From: Hyphomicrobiales bacterium
GTDB lineage: Bacteria > Pseudomonadota > Alphaproteobacteria > Rhizobiales > Beijerinckiaceae
Length of the DNA: 64,000 bases
Reading direction: 5' to 3'
Assembly (NCBI GenBank): GCA_947447895.1
Contig: CANFLM010000005.1
Location: 4,677-68,676 of the forward strand
The notes below the pieces were generated by a model. It worked only from the letters and a program-made list of their open reading frames with translations, had not been told where the DNA came from and searched no databases. Positions within the stretch are counted from its first letter, which is position 1, and each line of letters opens with the position of its first letter. The translations under genes were made by a program, and so were the position numbers. This document shows, piece after piece, positions 9,500 through 18,986 of the stretch.

Positions 9500-10599
9500 T
9501 CTGCAGCCTCGGCCTTCGAAATACCGGCATTGATGCGCGGCAGGGCTTTTTCAGCCAGCAAGATCATCGACTTGCGGCCGAGCTCGCGGTCTTTCCAGTC
9601 CTTGCCCGCATAGAGCATGGTGCCGAACTCGCCGACTTCCTCGCGCAGCTTCAGAATATCGTCGGCCACTTTGTCCGGCGTGCCGTAAATGATCAGCTTG
9701 TCGCAAACCATGTCCAGTGTCACCTCGTCATCGGGCTGTTCGCGATAGGTCTTGAACAATTCGATCCGGCCGTTCTTTTTCAACTTGGTGAACAAGGAAC
9801 GGTAGTAGGAGACATAGGGGCCATTCGGATCCAGTGCATAGGCCTTGGCGGTGGCCATGTCGTCGGCCACGAACACGCTTTTGGCGACCCGCCAATTGGC
9901 GGGGTCGGCCTTGCGGCCAGCCATTTCACAGCCTTCGACATATTTGGGCCAATGCGATTTCGCCCAGACCGGCATCAGGAAGTTGGCTGAAATCGGATCC
10001 CAGCCGCGAGCGGCCGCTTCCGTCACACCCTTGGAGAACGGTGCCACTGCGGTCACGACAATCGGAGGATGGGGACGCTGCAACGGCTTGGGCATGACAC
10101 CCTGGCCGATTTCGGACAGCAACGTGCGCTCGGTCGAGATTTTCCAGTATTTGCCGTTCAGATTGTAAGGCGCCTCGCCTTCCCAGATCGCCAGCACCTG
10201 GTTGATGGCTTCAACAAACATTTCGTTGCGGTTGTTGTCGAGATTGCCGAACACTTCGGCATCGGAGAGCAGACCACCAGGGCTGATCCCGAACACAAAA
10301 CGGCCATCAAGCATGTGGTCGAGCATGGCAATGCTCGATGCGACTGCGGCAGGGTGGTTGTTGGGCATATTGACGGTGCCGGTGCCCAGCCGGATATTTT
10401 TGGTGGCCGCCGCAATCCACGCAATGAAGGTGATGCAGGAGGTGATATTCTCGGCCTGGTCTGTCACATGTTCGCCGGCGAGAGCTTCCACAAAACCCAA
10501 TTCGTCAGCGAGAATGAACGCTTCACGGTCTTCCGCGAGACATTGCCGCCAATCCTTGCCGAGCGGATGGATGGGCATCGTAAAAAAACCAAGTTTCAT
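9496..10599 (-). CDS. LLM-class (luciferase-like) flavin-dependent monooxygenase
   Basis: 367 aa. Typical LLM N-terminus MKLGFFTMP and TIM-barrel layout. Not RutA-like in detail. Confidence 0.75.
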   Translation of the reverse strand: MKLGFFTMPIHPLGKDWRQCLAEDREAFILADELGFVEALAGEHVTDQAENITSCITFIAWIAAATKNIRLGTGTVNMPNNHPAAVASSIAMLDHMLDGRFVFGISPGGLLSDAEVFGNLDNNRNEMFVEAINQVLAIWEGEAPYNLNGKYWKISTERTLLSEIGQGVMPKPLQRPHPPIVVTAVAPFSKGVTEAAARGWDPISANFLMPVWAKSHWPKYVEGCEMAGRKADPANWRVAKSVFVADDMATAKAYALDPNGPYVSYYRSLFTKLKKNGRIELFKTYREQPDDEVTLDMVCDKLIIYGTPDKVADDILKLREEVGEFGTMLYAGKDWKDRELGRKSMILLAEKALPRINAGISKAEAAE

Positions 10600-10673
10600 G
10601 GGCCTGATCCTGTTTGATAATTCAGAACGCCGAAGCGAATGTCATTCAACCAAAGACTAAGGCTGGACCAGCC

Positions 10674-10690
10674 ATAATAAAAATGATTAT
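10674..10690. promoter_or_regulatory. Interrupted dyad ATAAT-N7-ATTAT in the divergent LLM/LysR intergenic region (candidate LysR-type operator)
   Basis: Read directly: ataat aaaaatg attat, inside the AT-rich 138-bp region between divergently transcribed genes. Confidence 0.3.
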
Positions 10691-10737
10691 TATTACTTTC
10701 CGATATTAATTTTTCTGATAGAGGGTCGACCTGCTTC

Positions 10738-11661
10738 ATGCGCTCGCTCAAGCAAATCCGTTCATTCGTGGCCGTGTTCGAGGAAGGCTCCTTTACCGCC
10801 GCCGCGCAGCGTGAAGGGGCGACACAATCGGGGATTTCCCAGCATATCCGGCATCTCGAAGAAAGCCTCGGGGTCGAATTGCTGGTGCGCGACGGCCGCG
10901 GGGTCATTCCGACCGCGCATGGCGAACGCTATTACGGGGAATGTGTTGCCATTTTGCGGCGGCTCGATCTGGCCGAGGCCGAAATCGGCCGCGCATCGGC
11001 CTTGGGCGGCGAGGTCCGCATCGGCCTGATGCCGACCTTCACCCGCGCGGTGCTGGCCCCGACACTCGACCGTTTCATTGCGGTCGCGCCCACGGTCGAG
11101 ATGCGGGTGACGGAAGCCTATTCCGGTGTCCTGACCGATCTGGTGCGCAAAGGGGAGCTGGATTTCGCGGTTGTTCCGGGGTTTCAAGGGGCGGTCGGCC
11201 TGTCCACAACCCTGCTGATCCGCGACCGCGAAATGCTGGTGGCCAGCAAGAACCGGTTGGGCCAGCACCTGACCCCGATCTCGCTCAAAGACATGGACCC
11301 GTTGAAAATTGTTGTCCCCGGCCCGCAAAACACCCGCCGCCGGACCATCGAAACCTATTGCGCCAGCCACGGTGTCGCCATCGAGCGGCGGTTGCAGCTG
11401 GATGCCATGATGGGCACGCTGGATTTTGTCGCCAGCAGCGAATGGGTGGCCATCCTGCCCGGGGTGATGATGGTGAATGATCTCGACGGTGCCCGCTTCG
11501 ACATCCGCCCGCTCGACCAGCCTGCGCTCTATTCCGATTTCGTGCTGATCGAGCCGACACGGCGTGTCCTGTCTCCCGCCGCCGCTCTGTTTGCCTCGAT
11601 GCTGCGCGAAACCACCGAGCAGACGATTACCATCCGGCAGGCCCGCATGCGCGAAGCCTGA
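10738..11661 (+). CDS. LysR family transcriptional regulator
   Basis: 307 aa. N-terminal wHTH FTAAAQREGATQSGISQHIRHLEESLG. Divergent from the catabolic operon. Confidence 0.9.
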   Translation: MRSLKQIRSFVAVFEEGSFTAAAQREGATQSGISQHIRHLEESLGVELLVRDGRGVIPTAHGERYYGECVAILRRLDLAEAEIGRASALGGEVRIGLMPTFTRAVLAPTLDRFIAVAPTVEMRVTEAYSGVLTDLVRKGELDFAVVPGFQGAVGLSTTLLIRDREMLVASKNRLGQHLTPISLKDMDPLKIVVPGPQNTRRRTIETYCASHGVAIERRLQLDAMMGTLDFVASSEWVAILPGVMMVNDLDGARFDIRPLDQPALYSDFVLIEPTRRVLSPAAALFASMLRETTEQTITIRQARMREA

Positions 11662-11680
11662 GGCCGGACAATGCGCGCCG

Positions 11681-12559
11681 TCAGCGTTTGAAGCCGCCCA
11701 TCTCTTCGATCACCTTGCAGACTGCAGCGGTATCGAGATGGCCGAGGTCCATGGCCAGACCCTTTTCGTAAATCTCGTTGGATTTTTCGAACAGCGGGAT
11801 CGGGCAGCCCAATTCGCGCGCGAAATCGCCGATCACGGTCATGTCTTTGCGCCAAGTTGCCATGCGCATGGTCGGCGGCTCGTAATGGTTGGCTGCCATC
11901 ATCGGCGCGCGCAATTCGAAGATTTTCGATCCGCCCGCCCCGGGGCCGACAATCTCGATGATCTGCTGCGGATCAAGCCCTGCCTGGATGCCCAGGACCA
12001 TCGCTTCGGCGGTGGCAACATTGTTGATGGCCACCAGATAATTGGCGACATATTTCATCCGGCTGCCATTGCCGAACGCGCCGAGATTGGCGACTTTTTT
12101 GCCAAAATCGAGAAACAGCCCTTCCAGACATTCGATCGCCTTGGTGTCACCCGACGCATAGATCACCAGATCGCGGGTCTGCGCCTGAGCGCCGGTGCCA
12201 CTCAGCGGGCAATCAAGTGGCGTATGGCCCGCTTTCGACAAAATCGCCTCGAACGCCAGCTTGTCTTCGAGCGCCAGCGTGCTCAACTCGCAAACCATGC
12301 GGCCGGTTGTGCCACTGGCTGCGATTTCCTCGGCGACCGCGCGCACGATTTTCGGGCTTGGCAAGGAGGTCATCAGGACTGTTTCCTGTTTGGCGAGCTC
12401 TGTCACCGATGCGGCAATCCTGCCGCCGGCCTTTTCAAGCGCAGCACAGGCCGCCGGATCGACATCATAGCCGGTGACCGACCAACCGCGCTCGCACAGA
12501 TTGCGGGCAATCGCCCCGCCCATAATCCCGAGACCGATGATTCCGACGCTTTTGCTCAT
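11681..12559 (-). CDS. NAD(P)-dependent oxidoreductase (HIBADH family), second copy
   Basis: The track ORF 11681..12832 is over-extended. The family-typical N-terminus MSKSVGIIGLGIMGGAIARNL starts at the ATG at 12559, giving 292 aa. Confidence 0.8.
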   Translation of the reverse strand: MSKSVGIIGLGIMGGAIARNLCERGWSVTGYDVDPAACAALEKAGGRIAASVTELAKQETVLMTSLPSPKIVRAVAEEIAASGTTGRMVCELSTLALEDKLAFEAILSKAGHTPLDCPLSGTGAQAQTRDLVIYASGDTKAIECLEGLFLDFGKKVANLGAFGNGSRMKYVANYLVAINNVATAEAMVLGIQAGLDPQQIIEIVGPGAGGSKIFELRAPMMAANHYEPPTMRMATWRKDMTVIGDFARELGCPIPLFEKSNEIYEKGLAMDLGHLDTAAVCKVIEEMGGFKR

Positions 12560-12715
12560 GATCCGTTTCCTTTGTTGGGTGCCAAAAGGCCTTGACCGGG
12601 CGATGACAATTGGCTGATAGACTTCTCTATGATAATGATCAACCGATAAACAAGCTTTTTGTAAAGCACAATCTGTCCGGTGACACTCCCCGCACCCCTG
12701 CCCAACAAGGAATAG

Positions 12716-13150
12716 ATGATGAGCAATGTCACGCTGGCCCAAGCCGATTTGATCGCCAATGAAGCGATTGCCAAGGGCCGCGCCCTGAATTTTCTGCCTC
12801 TGACCGTGGTGGTGCTCGATGCGGGCGGTCATGTGGTGGTGACCAAGCGCGAGGATGGCAGCGGCATTTTGCGGGTTGAAATTGCCACTGGCAAAGCCTG
12901 GGGCACGCTCGGCATGGGCTTGGGCGCGCGCAATCTCGCCAATCGGGCGGTCAAGAATCCGGCCTTTTATACGGCTTTGGCTTCCGCCAGTGACGGCAAG
13001 ATGATTCCGGTGATCGGCGGCGTGCTGATCCGCAACACGGACAACCAGATCATCGGCGCCATCGGCATTTCGGGCGATGTGTCCGACAATGATGAAATCT
13101 GCTGCATTGCCGGGATCGAAGCGGCCGGATTGATTGCCGACGCGGGGTGA
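12716..13150 (+). CDS. GlcG/HbpS-like (DUF336) putative heme-binding protein
   Basis: 144 aa. Motifs GGVLIR...IGAIGISGD are typical of DUF336. Confidence 0.75.
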   Translation: MMSNVTLAQADLIANEAIAKGRALNFLPLTVVVLDAGGHVVVTKREDGSGILRVEIATGKAWGTLGMGLGARNLANRAVKNPAFYTALASASDGKMIPVIGGVLIRNTDNQIIGAIGISGDVSDNDEICCIAGIEAAGLIADAG

Positions 13151-13232
13151 AACCGGTCATGGGCCAGACTTGACACATCACCGGTCTGGCTTACCCTCCC
13201 TGCCATAAAAGCAATAAATGGAGGGAATGACG

Positions 13233-14027
13233 ATGGATGTAACACGACGCAATATGATGGTCGGGGCCATGGCTTCCGGCAGTGGCTTGGCCGCAGCACA
13301 GATCGGGCCTGCCGACGCGCAGACTGCGGCGGGTTCGGTGATGTTTCCGGTCGCCCCCGTGGTGGTGCCGATTGTCGGCAGCGACAAACTGTTCCAGGTG
13401 CGCCGCATTTACTGCATCGGCCGCAACTATGCCGCCCATGCCCGCGAGATGGGCTCTGATCCCAGCCGCGAACCGCCTTTTTTCTTCCAGAAACCCACCG
13501 ATGCGATCCAGAACATCCCGGTCAACAGCGTGGTTGACCACCCCTATCCCAGCCTGACCAAAAACTACCATTACGAGGTCGAACTGGTCTGCGCGCTGAA
13601 ATCGGGGGGCACCAATATTCCGATCGATCGGGCGCTGGACCATGTGTTCGGCTATGCGCTGGGCCTTGATATGACACGGCGCGATTTGCAGCGGGCCTTG
13701 GGTGACGAGAAAAAGCCTTGGGAAATCGGCAAAAGTTTTGACCATTCGGCCCCGATCGGCCCGATCCATCCGGTTGAACAGGTCGGGCATTTTACCAAAG
13801 GCGAGATTTCGCTGGCCGTGAACGGCACCATCAAACAGAAGGCGGGACTGGACCACATGATCTGGTCGGTGGCCGAACAAATTGCCAAACTGTCGGAAGC
13901 CTTCGAGCTGAAAGCCGGTGATATTATTTACTCCGGCACCCCTGAAAATGTCGGTCCGGTGGTCAAGGGCGACGTGATTCTGTGCAAATTGGAGCGTTTG
14001 CCCGATCTGTCGATCAAGATCGTCTGA
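13233..14027 (+). CDS. Fumarylacetoacetate hydrolase (FAH) family protein with predicted N-terminal Tat signal peptide
   Basis: FAH core VRRIYCIGRNYAAHAREMG...PFFFQKP. GGAGG at 13220-13224 lies 8 nt before the ATG at 13233, giving MDVTRRNMMVGAMASGSGLAAAQIGPADA|Q. Alternative starts are 13218, or the internal ATG at 13341 (MFPVAP...). Confidence 0.75.
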   Translation: MDVTRRNMMVGAMASGSGLAAAQIGPADAQTAAGSVMFPVAPVVVPIVGSDKLFQVRRIYCIGRNYAAHAREMGSDPSREPPFFFQKPTDAIQNIPVNSVVDHPYPSLTKNYHYEVELVCALKSGGTNIPIDRALDHVFGYALGLDMTRRDLQRALGDEKKPWEIGKSFDHSAPIGPIHPVEQVGHFTKGEISLAVNGTIKQKAGLDHMIWSVAEQIAKLSEAFELKAGDIIYSGTPENVGPVVKGDVILCKLERLPDLSIKIV

Positions 14028-14093
14028 GGTTGAGGATTATCGTAAAAGAGGTTGCAAGCCACCCAGCCTCTTATACACTCGAGCTGTGAGTAC

Positions 14094-14125
14094 AGCCCGA
14101 TGCGGACGGGCTCCTTCTTGGTCTT
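14094..14125 (+). terminator. Hairpin agcccg-atgcgga-cgggct followed by a T-rich tract
   Basis: Read directly, downstream of the FAH gene. Confidence 0.45.
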
Positions 14126-14147
14126 CGATCAACTAGCGAGGTGTTCC

Positions 14148-14735
14148 ATGGCTCTGCGTGTTTCTGGTAAAAATCTCGACGTCGGTGACGCTCTGCGCGG
14201 TCAGATAACGGACCGCGTCTCCACAGCCGTCAAACGATATTTTGATGGCGGCGTCACCGGTCATGTCATTATCGAACCGGAAGGAACCGGATTTAGAACC
14301 GACTGCACGCTGCATCTGTCCTCCGGCGTTACACTGCAAGCCGAAGGCATGGCCCATGATGCCTATTTCAGTGCGGATAAAGCCGCCGAGCGGATCGAAA
14401 AACGCCTGCGCCGCTATAACCGCCGCCTGAAAGACCGCCATTCGACCAATCACGCCAAGGATGGGGCTGTCTGGTCACTCGATATGCCGGCCTATGTGAT
14501 CCAGACGCCGGATCACGAGGATGACGAGATCGAGGTCGGCTTCCACCCCCTGGTGATCGCCGAAACGACCAAAAACATGGTCAATATGTCGGTGGCCGAT
14601 GCGGTTCAGGACCTGGATCTGACAGGCGCACCCGTTCTGGTGTTCCGCCATGCCAGCAGCGGCCGCGTCAACATGGTCTACCGCCGCAATGACGGCAATA
14701 TCGGCTGGATCGATCCCCCGACCCTGGCCTCATGA
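14148..14735 (+). CDS. hpf: Ribosome hibernation promoting factor, long form
   Basis: MALRVSGKNLDVGDALR... is the S30AE/sigma-54 modulation family N-terminus, with a C-terminal dimerisation domain. GAGG lies upstream of the ATG at 14148. The track ORF start at 14052 is over-extended. Confidence 0.85.
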   Translation: MALRVSGKNLDVGDALRGQITDRVSTAVKRYFDGGVTGHVIIEPEGTGFRTDCTLHLSSGVTLQAEGMAHDAYFSADKAAERIEKRLRRYNRRLKDRHSTNHAKDGAVWSLDMPAYVIQTPDHEDDEIEVGFHPLVIAETTKNMVNMSVADAVQDLDLTGAPVLVFRHASSGRVNMVYRRNDGNIGWIDPPTLAS

Positions 14736-14756
14736 GATCAGGGAGATATTCTTTTC

Positions 14757-14783
14757 AACCGGACCGTTCCGCACGGTCCGGTT
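14757..14783 (+). other. Perfect 10-bp stem hairpin (aaccggaccg / cggtccggtt, 7-nt loop) between hpf and ptsN
   Basis: Read directly. There is no downstream T-tract, so it is not a canonical intrinsic terminator. Confidence 0.5.
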
Positions 14784-14924
14784 GATAAACCTGAAGCTAT
14801 TCTTTATAGGCTTGAAGCCTGCCCGCAAGGGACGGAGCTTTGATCACAGCTTTGCTTGGCCCCATTCCTGCATTGGCTGACACGGCCCCCGATAGAACGG
14901 GTCGGTGACAAACGGGTTTATAAG

Positions 14925-15389
14925 ATGCCTTTGACTGAATTTCTGGTTCCTGACGCGGTGCTGCCCAATCTGAAGGCGGCTTCCAAAAAACAGGCCCTGC
15001 GCGACATTGCCGACCATGCTGCCACCGTGATGGGGCTGGATGGCCGCGAGATCTATGAGGCTCTGTTGCAACGCGAGCGTCTGGGATCCACCGGTATTGG
15101 ACGCGGCATTGCGATCCCGCATGGCAAATTTCCGAACGCCCAAAAACTGCAAGGCCTGTTTGCACGCCTTGAAAAACCGATTGATTTCGAAGCACTTGAC
15201 CATGAGCCTGTCGATCTGGTCTTTCTGCTGGTCGCGCCTGAAAATGCCGGTGCGGACCATTTGAAAGCCCTGGCGAAAGTGGCGCGGGTGATGCGTGATC
15301 CGCTGACGATCCAGTCGCTGCGGCAGGCCCGTGACCAGTCGGCTTTGTTTGCATTGCTGACCAGAACCCCCAATTCGAACGCAGCCTGA
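14925..15389 (+). CDS. ptsN: PTS-Ntr EIIA (nitrogen regulatory protein PtsN)
   Basis: 154 aa. Phosphorylatable His motif GIAIPHGK. Canonical position downstream of hpf. Confidence 0.85.
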   Translation: MPLTEFLVPDAVLPNLKAASKKQALRDIADHAATVMGLDGREIYEALLQRERLGSTGIGRGIAIPHGKFPNAQKLQGLFARLEKPIDFEALDHEPVDLVFLLVAPENAGADHLKALAKVARVMRDPLTIQSLRQARDQSALFALLTRTPNSNAA

Positions 15390-15568
15390 TACCGTCAATA
15401 TACGGGACGCAACACCTGATCGTGCCGCTCCGCCCGCCATTCAACCACAGTCTATGGCGCCCGCTATTGGACTTGGACGATTTGATGGGTAAAATGGCCG
15501 TCCTGTTCAGCCCTGATTTTAGGCTGTCTCCCGATCATCTGCCTTCATTCTGTGCATGAGGAATTGCC

Positions 15569-17185
15569 ATGGCCGCTTCAGCGTCAAGCCTGTTTCCACT
15601 GGGTCCCGATACCACGCCCTACCACAAGCTCAGCAGCGAGGGCGTCAAGGTGCAGGAGATGGGCGGCCACTCCTTTCTGGTGGTGGAACCAGAAGCGATC
15701 CGCCTGCTGGCCAAACAGGCGCTGATCGACATCAACCACCTGTTGCGGCCCGGCCATCTGGCCCAGCTGGCCAAAATTCTGGATGATCCCGAAGCCACCT
15801 CCAACGACAAATTCGTGGCCTTCGATCTGCTCAAGAACGCCAATATTGCCGCCGGTGGCATCCTGCCGATGTGCCAGGATACCGGCACGGCGATCGTGAT
15901 GGGCAAGAAGGGCCGTTTCGTGCTGACCAACGGGCAGGACGAGGACAGCCTCTCGGACGGCATCCGCGATGCCTATTTCGAGAAAAACCTGCGCTATTCG
16001 CAGCTGGCGCCGTTGTCGATGTTCGAGGAAAAGAACACGCGCAACAATCTGCCCGCCGACATCACCCTCTATGCGGAGGGCGACGATGCCTATAAATTCC
16101 TGTTTGTCGCCAAAGGCGGCGGCTCGGCCAACAAGACATTTCTGTTTCAGGGTACGCCCTCTTTGCTGACCCATGACCGGATGATCGCCTTCCTGAAGGA
16201 AAAGATTCTGACCCTCGGCACGGCTGCCTGCCCGCCCTACCATCTGGCCATTGTGATCGGCGGCACTTCGGCCGAACAGGTGATGAAAACCGTCAAACTG
16301 GCCTCGACCCGCTATCTCGACACTCTGCCGACCCAAGGCTCGGAATCCGGCCACGCCTTCCGCGATCTGGCAATGGAGGAGGAAATCCACAAGCTGACCC
16401 AATCGCTCGGGGTTGGCGCGCAATTCGGTGGCAAGTATTTCTGCCATGACGTGCGGGTGATCCGCCTGCCGCGCCACGGGGCCTCGCTGCCGATCGGTCT
16501 GGGCGTCTCCTGCTCGGCCGACCGCCAGGCCATGGGCAAAATCACCAAGGATGGCGTGTTCCTGGAAACGCTGGAACGCAATCCGGCCCGTTTCATGCCC
16601 GATATCGACACCAGCCATCTGGGCGGCGACGTGGTGAATATCGATCTGTCCAAGCCGATGTCCGAGATTCTGGCGACCTTGTCGCAACATCCGGTCAAAA
16701 CCCGCCTGTCGCTGACAGGTACCATCATCGTTGCGCGCGATCTGGCCCATGCCAAAATCCGCGAACGGCTGGATCGTGGTGAAGCCATGCCGGATTATTT
16801 CAAAAACCATCCGATCTATTATGCCGGCCCCGCCAAAACACCGGAAGGCTACGCCTCCGGCTCGTTCGGTCCGACCACCGCTGGACGTATGGATTCCTAT
16901 GTCGAGCAATTCCAGGCGCAAGGCGGCTCGATGGTGATGCTGGCCAAGGGCAACCGTTCGACACAGGTCCGCGAGGCCTGCGCCAAGCATGGCGGGTTCT
17001 ATCTCGGTTCGATCGGTGGTCCCGCCGCACGTCTGGCCCAGGACTGCATCAAGAAGGTCGAAGTGCTGGAATATCCCGAATTGGGCATGGAAGCGATCTG
17101 GAAGGTGGAAGTCGAAAACTTCCCCGCCTTCATCGTGATCGACGACAAGGGCAATGATTTCTTCAAGGAATTGCACCTGAGCTGA
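15569..17185 (+). CDS. Class I (Fe-S) fumarate hydratase
   Basis: 538 aa. MCQDTGTA motif and FumA/FumB-like N- and C-terminal domains. Confidence 0.9.
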   Translation: MAASASSLFPLGPDTTPYHKLSSEGVKVQEMGGHSFLVVEPEAIRLLAKQALIDINHLLRPGHLAQLAKILDDPEATSNDKFVAFDLLKNANIAAGGILPMCQDTGTAIVMGKKGRFVLTNGQDEDSLSDGIRDAYFEKNLRYSQLAPLSMFEEKNTRNNLPADITLYAEGDDAYKFLFVAKGGGSANKTFLFQGTPSLLTHDRMIAFLKEKILTLGTAACPPYHLAIVIGGTSAEQVMKTVKLASTRYLDTLPTQGSESGHAFRDLAMEEEIHKLTQSLGVGAQFGGKYFCHDVRVIRLPRHGASLPIGLGVSCSADRQAMGKITKDGVFLETLERNPARFMPDIDTSHLGGDVVNIDLSKPMSEILATLSQHPVKTRLSLTGTIIVARDLAHAKIRERLDRGEAMPDYFKNHPIYYAGPAKTPEGYASGSFGPTTAGRMDSYVEQFQAQGGSMVMLAKGNRSTQVREACAKHGGFYLGSIGGPAARLAQDCIKKVEVLEYPELGMEAIWKVEVENFPAFIVIDDKGNDFFKELHLS

Positions 17186-17218
17186 GGCGTCAGTCTGCCA
17201 GAAGGTGAACAATCACAA

Positions 17219-17252
17219 AGCCGCCCGGGCGATCTTGCAGGGCGGCTTTTTT
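17219..17252. terminator. Intrinsic terminator between the convergent fumarase and aminotransferase genes
   Basis: Stem agccgccc / gggcggct followed by tttttt. Confidence 0.7.
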
Positions 17253-17256
17253 ACGG

Positions 17257-18417
17257 TCAGGCCTTTTTCAGGGTCTCGAGCCGCTTCAAGGCCTCATCAA
17301 GGGTTTCATCGCGCTTGGCAAAACAGAACCGCACCGTGGTCCGCACCGCATCATGGGCGTAGAAAGCTGACATCGGGATGGCGGCGACGCCGTTGTTCTC
17401 GATCAACCGCTGGCAGAAATCCAGATCGTCATGTTCGCCCAGCGGCTCCAGATCGATCGCCAGAAAATACGTGCCCTCGCTCGGTAACACCGAAAAACCA
17501 CGCTCAATCAACCCCTTGGTGAAACGGTCGCGGCTACGCATCATGTCCGCACGCATGGTTTCAAAATAATCATCATCCTTGCCCAGCCCATAGGCGACAG
17601 CGGCCTGCAGATTGGGGGGCGTGGTGAAGGTGATGAATTGATGCGCCTTCGACAGCACCTTCATCAGATCGGGACAAGCAGCGACCAGACCGACTTTCCA
17701 GCCTGTCAGCGAGAAAATCTTGCCCGCCGAACCGATTTTGACCGTCCGGTCGCGCATGCCGTCGATCGACAGCATCGACACATGCCGCCGTCCGTCAAAC
17801 ACCACATGCTCCCACACCTCGTCGCACAGCGCGATGGCATCGTGACGGATGCAGAACGAGGCCAGCAATTCCATATCCTCGCGGCCATAGACCACGGCTG
17901 CCGGATTTTGCGGATTGTTGAACAGAACCAGTTTGGTGCGGTCGGAAAAGGCTGCCGCAAGGGCTGCCTCATCAAACCGCCAATGCGGGGGAGACAGTTT
18001 CACGAATTTGGGCACACCACCGGCCCGCAACACCAAAGGCAGATAGGCATCGTAAAGCGGTTGGAACAGCACGACCTCGTCACCGGGAGCGATGAGTGCC
18101 ATCAATGCGCCGGCCAAGGCCTCGGTCGCGCCCGATGTCACCATCACCTCGCGTTCCCAATCCAGCGTGACCCCCTGCCAATGCTGGTAATGACGGGCGA
18201 TGGCCTGACGCAATTCGGGCAAACCCATCATCGGGGGATACTGGTTCCAGCCATTGATCACCGCATCAGCCGCCTTCTGACGCACATCGAGCGGTCCCGG
18301 ATCGTCGGGAAAACCCTGGCCGAGATTGATCGATTGCGTTTCACGCGCCCGCGCCGACATGGTTTCAAACACCGAAGTGGTCTGACCGGCAAAAATGGGG
18401 TTCATCGGTTTGGGCAT
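17257..18417 (-). CDS. Class I PLP aminotransferase, KAT/YbdL (glutamine transaminase K / cysteine-S-conjugate beta-lyase) family
   Basis: INLGQGFPD, NPQNP, and the PLP lysine in SAGKIFSLTGWKVG. The start is uncertain (18417, 18405 or 18459); 18417 fits the YbdL-like N-terminus best. Confidence 0.8.
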   Translation of the reverse strand: MPKPMNPIFAGQTTSVFETMSARARETQSINLGQGFPDDPGPLDVRQKAADAVINGWNQYPPMMGLPELRQAIARHYQHWQGVTLDWEREVMVTSGATEALAGALMALIAPGDEVVLFQPLYDAYLPLVLRAGGVPKFVKLSPPHWRFDEAALAAAFSDRTKLVLFNNPQNPAAVVYGREDMELLASFCIRHDAIALCDEVWEHVVFDGRRHVSMLSIDGMRDRTVKIGSAGKIFSLTGWKVGLVAACPDLMKVLSKAHQFITFTTPPNLQAAVAYGLGKDDDYFETMRADMMRSRDRFTKGLIERGFSVLPSEGTYFLAIDLEPLGEHDDLDFCQRLIENNGVAAIPMSAFYAHDAVRTTVRFCFAKRDETLDEALKRLETLKKA

Positions 18418-18439
18418 GCTCTTCAATCTCGTGCTGGGC

Positions 18440-18799
18440 TCAGGACATTGACTCGTCATCTTGTCCTACAGGATGCGCGGATTTGTCAAAAGCGGCAAGC
18501 CGTCGGGCTGCAATCTCGCGGGCACCCTCGCAGACCAGCCCGCATAGATCATAGAGAAGCGGCAAAGCAATACGGTACTGCACCGAGACGCCCTCGCGCT
18601 GGCGGGCCACCAGACCGGAATCGAACAAAATGGACAATTGCTTTGACACATTGGCCTGCTTCAATCCGGTTGCGGCGATGATCTGGTTGACCGACAGGGG
18701 TTTGTCCATCAGGGCCGAAAGAATCCTCAGACGGGAAGGTTCGCCCAGCACCGCGAGGATGCGGGCCACCTGATCGATCTGTTGACTGTCAATTGCCAT
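18440..18799 (-). CDS. ArsR/SmtB family transcriptional regulator (BigR/HlyU-like, atypical Cys arrangement)
   Basis: 119 aa. wHTH SVNQIIAATGLKQANVSKQLSILFDSGLV. Cysteines occur only in LLYDLCGLVCEG. Confidence 0.85.
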   Translation of the reverse strand: MAIDSQQIDQVARILAVLGEPSRLRILSALMDKPLSVNQIIAATGLKQANVSKQLSILFDSGLVARQREGVSVQYRIALPLLYDLCGLVCEGAREIAARRLAAFDKSAHPVGQDDESMS

Positions 18800-18956
18800 C
18801 TTCTGCCTTCACGCGGGACCGGCCCGCCATCTCACGATCCTCTTGCCCCGGCAGGACCTGTTGCAACACACCCCGCGCAGGGCATATAGGCAAGCCCCCA
18901 CCAACCGCCACCGGATGATTCAACAGTCGGGCATTTTGGGCTAATAACATGCCCGC

Positions 18957-18986
18957 TTGACTTTGTCTATTATATTGCTATATATT
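18957..18986 (+). promoter_or_regulatory. Sigma70-like promoter candidate for the YeeE/YedE pair (TTGACT-N16-TATATA)
   Basis: Read directly. TTGACT at 18957-18962 and TATATA at 18979-18984. Confidence 0.4.

Noticed and set aside
12631-12649. gataatgatcaaccgataa, a Fur-box-like sequence between the HIBADH-like and GlcG-like genes
   Set aside because: Only the first half matches the 19-bp Fur consensus (about 11/19 positions) and there is no dyad symmetry. This could arise by chance in an AT-rich promoter region. It is kept only as a note because the downstream gene is heme-associated.
15584-17212. 542-aa ORF on the minus strand, exactly antisense to the class I fumarase gene
   Set aside because: It lies entirely opposite a gene with an unambiguous family match. 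Its composition is dominated by Arg/Gly/His/Gln/Ala with no recognisable motifs. This is a typical stop-codon-poor antisense frame of a GC-rich gene.
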